Shown: positions 12,784 through 24,800 of the stretch, in pieces
How the letters are laid out: each line of letters starts with the position of its first letter
Position numbering within the stretch: the stretch's first letter is position 1
DNA from: Bugula neritina
Lineage: Eukaryota; Animalia; Bryozoa
Reading direction: 5' to 3'
Assembly (NCBI GenBank): GCA_964035545.1
Contig: OZ037771.1
Span: 15,719,289 to 15,783,288 of the forward strand
Length of the DNA: 64,000 nt
Program-made: the position numbers and the translations under genes
The notes under the pieces: model-generated
What the model was told of the DNA's origin: nothing
Seen by the model: the letters and a program-made list of their open reading frames with translations, nothing else
Databases searched by the model: none

Positions 12784-15700
12784 ATGTCTCAATGTGATAA
12801 ACATGTGGTGGAGAGTAAATACTCTGATGAATTGATTCCTTCAGAAAACTTGGCACAGTTTGTTATGAAAAATTGGAGCAAATATGGGCAAAAGCTGGCT
12901 GTGGTGAATATGAAACATTTATTAGTAATTAGTAGTACATGCGTACCAAGTGAGATATGGATACTATATAGCAGGTGTAATGTAAACAATACTTTATATA
13001 TAGAAATGCAGTGACACTGGCGCATCTTTCACATACGATCAGCTGACAGATGCAGTACACAGTCTGGCATCTTCCTTGAAACATATGGGCATTAAAGAGG
13101 GTGATGTCGTGTTTTTACTCAGTCCGAACTGCCCTGAGTATCCCATCATCTATCTGGCGGCCACCTTAGTTGGTGCCATTGTGACTACCAACAACCCAGC
13201 TTATACTGCAGGTGTGTCATGTGACTATATACTGCAGGTGTGTGACTATATACTGCAGGTGTGTGACTATATACTGCAGGTGTGTGACTTTATACTGCGG
13301 GTGCGTGACTTTATACTGCAGGTGTGTGACTATATACTGCAGGTGTGTGACTATATACTGCAGGTGTGTGACTATATACTGCAGGTGTGTGACTTTATAC
13401 TGCAGGTGTGTGACTTTATACTGTAGGAGAAGTTAGTCACGCTCTTTCACTCAGCGGATGTAAACTTATCTTCACATCTCCAGAGTTTCTGACTACAGTT
13501 CAGACAGCTCTGACTTCCCTCAAGGATAGTAACAGGGTCAAGGTAAGTATAAGCTATATTCTCAGAGGAGTAGTAACAGGGTCAAGGTAAGTATAAGTTA
13601 TGTTATATCTGCAGGAAACTGTGGTGATTGGAAAGGCAGAAGGATACCGAAGTCTCTCCTCTCTCCTAAGCAACGAGTTTGCAGGTAGCAAGGCACCAGA
13701 AGTGAACTATGAAGAGCATCTGGCTGCATTACCATTCAGTAGCGGGACAACTGGCCTGCCCAAGGGGGTCATGTTGAGTCATAGCAACATTGTGTCTAAT
13801 ATAATTCAGCTCAGGTACTGTTATGTGTTGTGTGCTCTGTTATGTATTGTGTGCTCTGTTGTGTATTGTGTGCTCTGTTGTGTATTGTGTGCTCTGTTAT
13901 GTATTGTGTGCTCTGTTGTGTATTGTGTGCTCTGTTATGTATTGTGTGCTCTGTTGTGTATTGTGTGCTCTGTTATGTATTGTGTGCTCTGTTGTGTATT
14001 GTGTGCTCTGTTGTGTATTGTGTGCTCTGTTATGTATTGTGTGCTCTGTTATGTATTGTGTGCTCTGTTGTGTATTGTGTTCTCTGTTATGTATTGTGTG
14101 CTCTGTTATGTATTGTGTGCTCTGTTGTGTATTGTGTGCTCTGTTATGTATTGTGTGCTCTGTTATGTGTTGTGTGCTCTGTTATGTGTTGTGTGCTCTG
14201 TTATGTGTTGTGTGCCCTGTTATGTATTGTGTGCTCTGTTGTGTATTGTGTGCTCTGTTATGTATTGTGTGCTCTGTTATGTATTGTGTGCTCTGTTGTG
14301 TATTGTGTGCTCTGTTATGTATTGTGTGCTCTGTTATGTGTTGTGTGCTCTGTTATGTGTTGTGTGCTCTGTTATGTATTGTGTGCTCTGTTGTGTATTG
14401 TGTGCTCATTGTGTATTGTGTGCTCTGTTATGTGTTGTGTGCTCTGTTATGTATTGTGTGCTCATTGTGTATTGTGTGCTCTGTTATGTATTGTGTGCTC
14501 TGTTGTGTATTGTGTGCTCTGTTATGTGTTGTGTGCTCTGTTATGTATTGTGTGCTCATTGTGTATAATATATATCAGTTGTTGTGTATGTCTACTACTA
14601 ATGTGTGTCGCAGGAACTGTGGAATGAGTGTTACATATGACGACATGTTGGGGGGCGTTCTACCCTTCTTCCACATTTACGGACAAGTTGCAACTCTACT
14701 TCTAGGGCTAACAGCCGGCTCCTCTATTGCTACTATGAGGAAATTCGACTTCCCAAAGTTTCTGCAACTGATACAAAACGAAAGGGTGGGTTACACATCC
14801 CTTTCGTTCCTCCTTTTATAACCTACTACTACTACTACTTAGCTAACTCGTATTACTACTGTATTATACTCGTATTACTACTGTATTATACTCGTATTAC
14901 TACTGTATTATACACAGGTAACTCTATGTCACCTGGTACCCCCCATCATACTGGCTCTCACCAAGAGTGAACTCACCTCTGAGTACGATATCTCGTCTCT
15001 CAACCTCATCACATCCGGCGCAGCTCCTCTCAAACAACAACTTTCTTCAGAGTTCGTACAGAAAATGAAGAATGTGGAACTTTTACAGGGTGGGACTTTT
15101 ATATAACTGAGCAATATATGTGATATGATACGCTAATATACTGATATACATATGATAATATACTGATATACATATGATAATATACTGATATACATATGAT
15201 AATATACTGTATTATATGATAATATACTGTATTATATGATAATATACTGATATACATATGGTAATATACTGATATACATATGATAATATACTGATATACA
15301 TATGATAATATACTGATATACATATGATAATATACTGATATACAGGTTATGGTTTGACTGAAACCAGTCCAGTGGTCAACTTCTGTGAACCTGGAGCTGG
15401 TAACAAACACGGATCTATAGGCTTGCTGTTACCTAACGTCAAAGCCAAGGTGTAGTATTGTAGTATAGTATAGTATTGTATTGTATAGTATTGTTATGCT
15501 AGTATGTTATAGTCTACATGTATATAGTATATTATATAGTGTATTATATAGTATATATATATATATATATATATATATTGTGTGTTGTTACTAGACTTAC
15601 TAGATGCCTTGCATTGTCCAACTACTATTCTAATGTTTTCTCAGGTAGTAGACTTAGAGACTCATGAGTCCTTACCCAGTCATCAAGAAGGGGAGTTATA

Positions 15701-16576
15701 TTATCACGGACCTAACATAATGAAGGGCTACTGGCAGAACTCACAGGCTACAGAAGATTGTCTTGATGGTAGCTGGTTTCGTACTGGTTAGTTGTACAGA
15801 GCTGAGTTGTGTACTTGTAGCTGATTGGTTTGCTGCTTGTTTACTTGTAGCTGATTGGTTACCTACTAATGCATGGTTTGTATTTACAGGAGATATTGGT
15901 TACTATGACGATGAGGGATATTTTTATGTTGTTGATAGATTGAAAGAACTGATCAAATACAAAGGTTTTCAGGTATAAATCACTTTATGTGAAAACTTAC
16001 TGTGACATATATATATATATATATATACTGTAACATATCATATACTGTGACATATATTTACCACATATGTTTACTGTGACATATTTTACCGTGACATATT
16101 TTGCCGTGACATATTTTACAGTAACATATACTTACTGTGACATATACTTACTATTACATGTATACTTATACTGACATACAGGTGGCACCTGCAGAACTGG
16201 AGGCCTTACTGCTCACTCATCCGAAGATTCTTGATGCTGCCGTGGTCAGCATACCCTCTGACGAAGCTGGCGAACTACCAAGAGCGTACGTTGTGGTCAA
16301 CCCTGATCAACCTGCTACAGATGATGAAATCCATAGCTTTATGAAAGGTGAGTTCTAGTGCAGTGGTTTGTGCAGTGACCTCGTGCACTCTACAGCAGCC
16401 AATGGTGCATGTTGTTACACAGTTATGTTTAGTCAATAAAATGTGTTGTTACAGAAAATGTAGCCAATCACAAGCAGCTTAGAGGTGGCATAAGACAGGT
16501 TCCTGAAATACCCAAATCAGCATCTGGTAAGATTTTAAGACGTGTACTGAAGGAGCAAGCCCTGAAGGATTTGTAA
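12784..16576 (+). CDS. 4-coumarate-CoA ligase-like / firefly-luciferase-like acyl-CoA synthetase (AMP-binding ANL superfamily)
   Basis: Exons 12784-12903, 13004-13211, 13427-13542, 13615-13814, 14614-14785, 14918-15089, 15346-15449, 15645-15786, 15890-15972, 16182-16347, 16455-16576 (TAA). Motifs: [73 protein letters not shown]. Confidence 0.93.
13201..13426 (+). repeat. 21-bp repeat TATACTGCAG|GTGTGTGACTA forming essentially a whole intron
   Basis: Donor lies in the first copy and acceptor in the last copy. Confidence 0.95.
13818..14565 (+). repeat. intronic 19-bp repeat TGTTATGTATTGTGTGCTC
   Basis: About 39 copies; source of spurious Cys-rich ORFs. Confidence 0.95.
15120..15342 (+). repeat. 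intronic 22-bp repeat TATGATAATATACTGATATACA
   Basis: Runs up to the acceptor CAG. Confidence 0.9.
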
Positions 16577-16610
16577 ACTCTTACATTTATTCTATAATCT
16601 TTCATACTAA

Positions 16611-16845
16611 TATCTCTACTTCTATACTCTCTACTTCTATACTCTCTACTTCTATACTCTCTACTTCTATACTCTCTACTTCTATACTCTCTACTTCTAT
16701 ACTCTCTACTTCTATACTCTCTACTTCTATACTCTCTACTTCTATACTCTCTACTTCTATACTCTCTACTTCTATACTCTCTACTTCTATACTCTCTACT
16801 TCTATACTCTCTACTTCTAATTTCTATACTCTCTACTTCTATACT
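16611..16845 (+). repeat. 3' UTR 15-bp repeat CTCTCTACTTCTATA
   Basis: Nearly perfect copies starting about 35 nt after the stop codon. Confidence 0.95.
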
Positions 16846-17299
16846 ACTATCTCTTTGATCAATAGAAATGATTTTCTCAAAGTTTATTTCACCAAAATCT
16901 GCTGTTAAATACATGTTTTTTAAATTTAGCTCAATACTGTTATATTATATTATATATATTTTATATACCTTTTGTAATGATTCTTATGTATATTCTTATA
17001 TTTTGCTAATGATTTAAGCTGATGCATTTTTGATTGATTTTAGACAAAGCCCTACATATTTTGATGAACGATATATTTCCATTTTTTTGTAAGTTTTGAC
17101 TTTGGCTTATTATTTAGAATAAAGGCAGATGTGATGCTTCATGTTATGTCGAGATTTATCTACTTCATAAGAAGTGATGCAACTGCTTTTCAGTTTCCCC
17201 TCAACTATTTAGTATCTGCCTACTGTTAGGGAACTGAGGTGTAATATGTGCGACCTTTGACCTTTCCCAACTCGAATCACCAACACCAATTTAAGTTTT

Positions 17300-18053
17300 A
17301 GATCGGTACATGGAAAGCCGAGATCGATCCATGGAAAGACAACAAAGATCGATCTCCGTCGATCTGAGCTGGTCGGTCTGTGGAGCTCGAACTCAGATCG
17401 ATCTCATGTCAATAAGACCATGGAAAGACGCCAGATCGATCTGAGAAGTAGAAAAAGACTGCGCGCTACAATGTTGTCTGCTAATAAAAATGATAACTTA
17501 TTGATAATTACTAAGCAAAGTATTAAATAATTATGATAGCCACCTTTTCAGATGCCAAAACTTTGACTTTCAGTACAATGATTAAGGAAACTCAATTATA
17601 TGCAGTAGAAGGTAAAAAAATGGGAGAATTTAAATTGAATTTAAATGACTATTAAAACTTAGTTTCATTAGCTATTTTCTTTGCAATTTTAAGCCCAACA
17701 GTCCTGTAAGTTTATTAATAATCTGCAAGGCAGCCATTAATTTTATATAAGCTGTCAAGCTAAAAAATTAAAATTAATTATTTTAAATTGGCTAAATTAC
17801 CATACACTGAAAGCTTTGCTGCGTATAGTTTATAGCTGGGATAAAATTTTAGACTACGACCGCCTTGTTTTCAACAGTAGTAGCTTTAATCACTCAAATA
17901 GGTGAACAAATTATACTTGATAAGTATCCTTCATTTAAGAGGAGGCAACTTCGCGAGATCGATCTGACACTCTCATGGAAAAGCGATCGATCTGAGCACA
18001 TTTCTCAGATCGATCTCAGCGAGATCGATCTGAGATCGGTACATGGAAAGCCC
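17300..18053. mobile_element. probable degenerate non-autonomous DNA transposon fragment with clustered AGATCGATCT and CATGGAAAG motifs
   Basis: Two motif clusters (about 17300-17445 and 17955-18053) of palindromic AGATCGATCT and CATGGAAA(G). AGATCGGTACATGGAAAGCC occurs directly repeated at both ends. No matching left inverted terminus or TSD seen. Confidence 0.45.
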
Positions 18054-18848
18054 GTGAAAGTCTATCCCTTTTATACAGTATATTAGTAGCTCCCATTACG
18101 AGCAAGTGATAGTATAGGACTGTAGAATTTCAATTGAAATTAGGAGCTTCTTGAAAATTGATTGTTTTGGCTATGTGTGCATTATGTCTATCATATGTTC
18201 AATCTTCAGGCCTTGGAACATCAGCCCTACATGATTTAGTTATATAAGGCAATATAAAGCTGTCACTTGGTACACTAAATAAGTGGCATCCACATAATAT
18301 TATGGAATGCTGCTTGAAAGGGTTAGTATGGAAATTTTGAAGGTTGCAAATATATACTAGTAGAATCAGAGTATATGAAATCATGGTAGGTTTAAACCGT
18401 TTATCAATGGGCGCCATAAAGACTTACAAACTAATATATACTAATAAATACAATCTATGAGTGCAATATAGATTAAGTGATTGCCAATGCAACATAAAGT
18501 TTGGGGTCACTAAAAGCAGTGTCTTTACTCTATAGTCTATACGCATCGCCCGAACTCCAAACTCGGACTCTCCAACCAATGCACTAAGTAACCCCAATCT
18601 TTGTGCTGCATTAAGCGATTTGTGGCAGATTTCTCAAATGAATTTCTAAATGCTTAACAACGCATTATCATAATATTTCAATATATAATTGTTTCCCTAT
18701 TTCAATTTGCTGCTCTAAATCGGGCTTTAATGCAACAGTATTTTGAGCTAACTTGGTTCTACAATTTATTTGTTTAAATTTTTGTAAATGTGATGAAATT
18801 ATTCATAAGACTGGTGTTTTATAGCCGCACCGTATTTTTATTTCCATC

Positions 18849-21800
18849 ATGGCGAACACGTCCATATCCGTTGCCAATTCAAAGTTTCTTAAAAGTAATA
18901 TTGCTAAATGGGACGCGGCAGATGATTGTATTGCCCCACTTACCGAACGACAAAGAGATTCAGTTTTAGATTTGACAACCGTAGTCAACACTCGTATTAT
19001 ATCTGAACATGTAAGCATAACTTGTAACGTGAAAGTTAACACAAACCACAACTTAAACGTCAAGTTAAACTTCAACCTATGAACTAATGAAGTTGAAGAT
19101 AAAATTCAGCATAGCCATTAGTATTACTATCAGTATAGATAATAACGCAACTTGATTAATTTGAGCTATAAATATAATAATTAATGCGTGTAAGGCTAAG
19201 TGTAGTTGTAACTGTAAGTATTACTATTAGTATTAGTAGCCTATTAGTCTTATTAATATTACTATTAGTACTATTAGTATTACTATTACTATTAGTAATA
19301 GTATTACTATTACTATTACATTTACTATAGTATTAGTATTACTATTAGTATAACTATAAGTATAAGCAATAAATTGATAAATTTATTTTTAATTTTCATT
19401 TCATCATAATGATATTGATAATCATAATGATAATGTTCAATTTATGTTGTACTTCACACTTGTGACTTGCGCTCTTGTAGTTATAAATTTAATCGTAATC
19501 TGGTAACCGTAATACTTATAGTTATAGTTATACTAATACTAATAGTTATGGTGATACTCATACTCATACTCAGTCATAGTTATACTGATAGTGATAAGCC
19601 CAAGTAATCATCATGATAATTTATTCTATACGATTAATATATTGGGTGCAGGTTTCGCACACAAGTCTTTTCGTGCCCACTTTTTCAGCTTGTACACATC
19701 GATATAAATTAACTAAAGCAATTCTTTTATTAATTATTTGATGTATGGGCCATACAGTTACTGCACACAAGTATTACTATTAGTAACTTGCACATTTCAT
19801 TTTGCCCATGATTATTCATTATTGTGATAAGTAGAACTTGATGTTAGGGGGGGAGGGGGGAACCTGAACTGCTATTTTGGTTTAGAAATTGTTATCAGTA
19901 GATTAATTTATTATTCATTTTGTGTATGGAATGAACAGCAGTTTGGGTATGAGACAACCATTTTGTATATGAAACAACAGTAGCCCCATAAATTATATAA
20001 CTTATACTATTTCACTATAGCATATAACTTACAAGATGAAAACTGAAGTAAATATTTATAAATATACCATAATTACTATGATTATTGTTATTATTATTAT
20101 TGTGCTACTAGCTGAAAGATGAGGATAATGAGTTTAGTGGAGTTAAAGTACCAGAATCAGGGCGTCTGCAGAAGACAGAGCTGCTGGACACGTTCTGTAC
20201 AATACCAATCACCAACACGCAGCAGTTCTATGGCTGGTTCTGTGACGTGCAGAGTGAGATGGAGAGAGACGAGGAACAACATCTGTCTCACTTTGCTCAC
20301 CAGTTGACTAGCTTTAAGTGTGACTGTGATGAGTACGTAGTAGTAGTAATCTAGTATACTCACTAGTACTCTGGTGTACTCACTAGTATAACTGTGTACT
20401 CACTAGTATGACTGTGAACTCACTCCTACTCTAGTGGACTCACTAGTATGACTGTGAACTCACTAGTATGACTGTGTACTCACTCCTACTCTAGTGGACT
20501 CACTAGTATGACTGTGAACTCACTAGTATGACTGTGTACTCACTCCTACTCTAGTGGACTCACTAGTATGACTGTGTACTCACTAGTACGACTGTGTACT
20601 CACTAGTACGACTGTGTACTCACTAGTATGACTGTGTACTCACTAGTACGACTGTATACTCACTAGTAGTAATATATGTTTTAGTTTACTGAGTGAAGTA
20701 GAGAGCTCAATGGATCAGCTCCATGACTTGCAGACTCAGTATGAGATGGTATCAACAAAGACCAGCACTCTGCATCAGTCTTGTGAACATCTGCTTGAGG
20801 AACAGACAAGTTTGATGAACATTGCAGAGTCTATACAGAGTAAACTATCCTACTTCAATGAGCTGGACAGAATCAACACTGTATGTACTTACCTCTTTCT
20901 GTGTGTACTTACCTCTCTCTGTATGTACTTACCAATCTCTCTGTGTACTTACCTCTCTCTCTCTGTATGTACTTACCTCTCTCTCTGTATGTACTTACCT
21001 CTCTCTGTATGTACTTACCTCTCTCTCTCTGTATGTACTTACCTCTCTCTCTCTGTATGTACTTACCTCTCTCTCTGTATGTACTTACCTCTCTTTATAT
21101 ATGTACTTACCTCTCTCTATGTGTACTTACCTCTCTGTGTGTGTACTTACCTCTCTCTGTATGTACTTACTTCTTTCTGTATGTACTTACCTCTCTCTAT
21201 GTGTACTTACCTCTCTCTGTGTGTACTTACCTCTCTCTCTATGTACTTCCTTCTTTCTGTATGTACTTACCTCTCTCTATGTGTACTTACCAATCTCTCT
21301 GTGTGTACTTACCTCTCTCTCTATGTACTTACTTCTTTCTGTATGTACTTACCTCTCTCTATGTGTACTTACCTCTCTCTGTGTGTACTTACCTCTCTCT
21401 GTATGTACTTACCTCTCTCTATGTGTACTTACCTCTCTCTGTGTGTACTTACCTCTCTCTGTGTGTACTTACCTCTCTCTGTTTGTACTTACCTCTCTCT
21501 GTTTGTACTTACCTCTCTGTGTGTGTACTTACCTCTCTCTCTGTATCTACTTACCTCTCTTTATATATGTACTTACCTCTCTCTCTGTATCTACTTACCT
21601 CTCTCTGTACGTACTTACCTCTCTCTGTGTGTACTTACCTCTCTCTGTATGTACTTACCTCTCTCTGTGTGTACTTACCTCTCTCTGTGTGTACTTACCT
21701 CTCTCTCTCTCTGTATGTACTTATTATATACTCTACTATTATATATTATATGTACTCACTATAGAAATTGGGTGGCCAGTCATTAACTGTGACTAGTGAA

Positions 21801-24800
21801 GGCTTTATTCCGATGCTTACAAGACTTGATGAATGTATGTCGTACATGCAGTCCAACGTAAGTTTAGCATATCTAATATGTATATGCATATGTGAATAAT
21901 ACTGTATATAATATTATATGTAGTACTGTGTATTATATATACACTACTTTATTCTACTCTGTGTACACTACTGAATATTACACTACTGAATATAATATAA
22001 TACATACGCTATATAAAATATAATATCATACAATAAAATATAATATAATATAATACATACGTTATAAGCCCAGGTATAAAGACAGTTCTGTCTACTTAGC
22101 CAAGTTTCAACATACTCTATCCCGAGCCTTATCCATGATCCGAACACATGTCTCGAATCTGCTCAGTTCTACCACTAGCAGCATTCAGTCTACCAAGGTG
22201 AGCGGCAGCGTTACCTGTTAGATAGTGTTACCTGTTACGTAAGGTGTTACCTGTTACCTAAGGTGTTACATGTTAACTAAGGTGTTACCTGTTACCTAAG
22301 GTGTTACATGTTACCTAAGGTGTTACCTGTTACCTAAGGTGTTACATGTTTGACGTAGAGGCCAGCTGTGAATCCTGAAGACACATTTACTCTCTATTAC
22401 GGTAAATTCAGAACCAACTCTCCGCGTGTCAAGTCACTCATCCAGCAGATTGAGAGACGAGTTGATAAAAATGAGTCGTAAGTTAATCATCTGCCTACTC
22501 CTCTCTCTTTCTATAGCATACCATGAGCTATAGCGTACCATGTGCTATAGCGTATCATGAGCTATAGAATACCATGTGCCATAGAATACTATGTGCTATA
22601 GCGTATCATGTGCTATAGCATTGCACGTTATAAAAAATACCATGAGCTATACCGTACCACGTGCTATAGCGTACCATGTGCCGTAGCATACTATGTGCTA
22701 TAGCGTATCATGAGCTATAGCGTGCCATGTGCTATAGAATACCATGTGCAATAACATACCATATGCTATAGCTTATCATGTGCTATAGAGTATCATGCGC
22801 TATAGCATACTATGTACTATAGCGTACCATGTGCTATAGCATTGCACGTTATAAAGAATACCATGTGCTATAGCATACCAGGTGCTATAGTATGTCACGT
22901 TCTATAGCATATAATTTTCTATAGCATACCTTATGCTATAGAATATCGTTTGCTATAGTATACTTTATACTATAGCGTACCATGTGCTACAGCCTACTAT
23001 ACATGCTACAGCCTACCATGTGCTATAGCATTGTACGTTATAAAAATACCATGAGCTATAGCGTATCATGAGCTAGAGCATATCATGAGCTATAGCGTAT
23101 CATGTGCTATGGCATATAGTATATACAGTTGTTTTATGTTGTAGGTACAGACAGTTGTTGGCCGACTGCCACCAGTGTTATGTGAGCCAAAGGGAGGTGT
23201 TAGTGGAGCCCAGTGTCTCCATTGCCGTGCAGGAACTCAATCTAAAGCACAAAACAGACCACTGTGCCCTTGTCAGTTTCCAATCTACTGCTCTGTAACT
23301 TACACTTATCTATATTACTAGTGTACATACATAACTTACACTTATCTGTACTGCTAGTGTACATACATAACTTACACTTATCTGTACTGCTAGTGTACAT
23401 ACATAACTTACACTTATCTGTATTACTAGTGTACATACATAACTTACACTTATCTGTACTGCTAGTGTACATACATAACTTACACTTATCTGTACTGCTA
23501 GTGTACATACATAACTTACACTTATCTGTATTACTAGTGTACATACATAACTTACACTTGTGTATAATGTGACAGATGCGAAGTGGCTGTGCCCTGTTGG
23601 TACATATCTGTCAAGACGAGCACCAACTCTATCAGTATTTCTTTGGTCAACCGTCTCAGATGTTAGATGAGTTTCTGGAACGTCTCTGCAACTATCTTTA
23701 CGACGCGTTTCGACCTCTCATCATCCACATCAACCACATGGAGACTCTGGCTGAGCTCTGTAGTATTCTAAAGGTAAGTTACTTTGTGGATATCATACTG
23801 TATATAGTACTGTGTATCTCTGTATATAGTACTGTATATCTCTGTATATAGTACTGTATATCTCTGTATATAGTACTGTGTATCTCTGTATATCTCTGTA
23901 TATAGTACTGTATATCTCTGTATATAGTACTGTATATCTCTGTATATAGTACTGTATATAGTACTGTATATCTCTGTATATAGTACTGTATATAGTACTG
24001 TATATCTCTGTATATAGTACTGTATATAGTACTGTATATCTCTGTATATAGTACTGTATATAGTACTGTGTATAGTACTGTATATAGTACTGTATATCTC
24101 TGTATATAGTACTGTATATCTCTGTATATAGTACTGTATATAGTACTGTATATAGTACTGTATATAGTACTGTGTATCTCTGTATATAGTACTGTATATA
24201 GTACTGTATATAGTACTGTGTATCTCTGTATATAGTACTGTATATAGTACTGTATATAGTACTGTGTATAGTACTGTGTATCTCTGTATATAGTACTGTA
24301 TATAGTACTGTATATCTCTGTATATCCTCCATGTCATATCTCAGGTGGAAATGCTAGAAGACCATGTGTATAATAACCCTCAACCTCTTCAGTCATTTGA
24401 GAAGGTCGTGCTGCAGATGTTACAGGATGTACAGGAGAGGTTGGTGTACAGAACATACATTTACATCAACTCTGATATTCTCAACTACAAACCAGGTACA
24501 GGAGACCTTGCCTACCCTGACAAGTTGCAGATGATGCAGGTATGCTATACGCTCTATACGCTATACGCTCTATATACTTTGTATACTCACTGTATACTCA
24601 GTGTATACTCAGTGTATACTCTGTATACTCTACTATACTCTGTATACTCTGTATACTCTCTGTATACTCTCTGTATACTATACTCTGTATACTCTCTGTA
24701 TACTCTGTGTACTCTGTACTCTGTATACTCTCTACTCTGTATACTGTTATTATATGTTACTATTCTATTGTAGAATATTGCTGAAAGTATGAAAGTCGGA

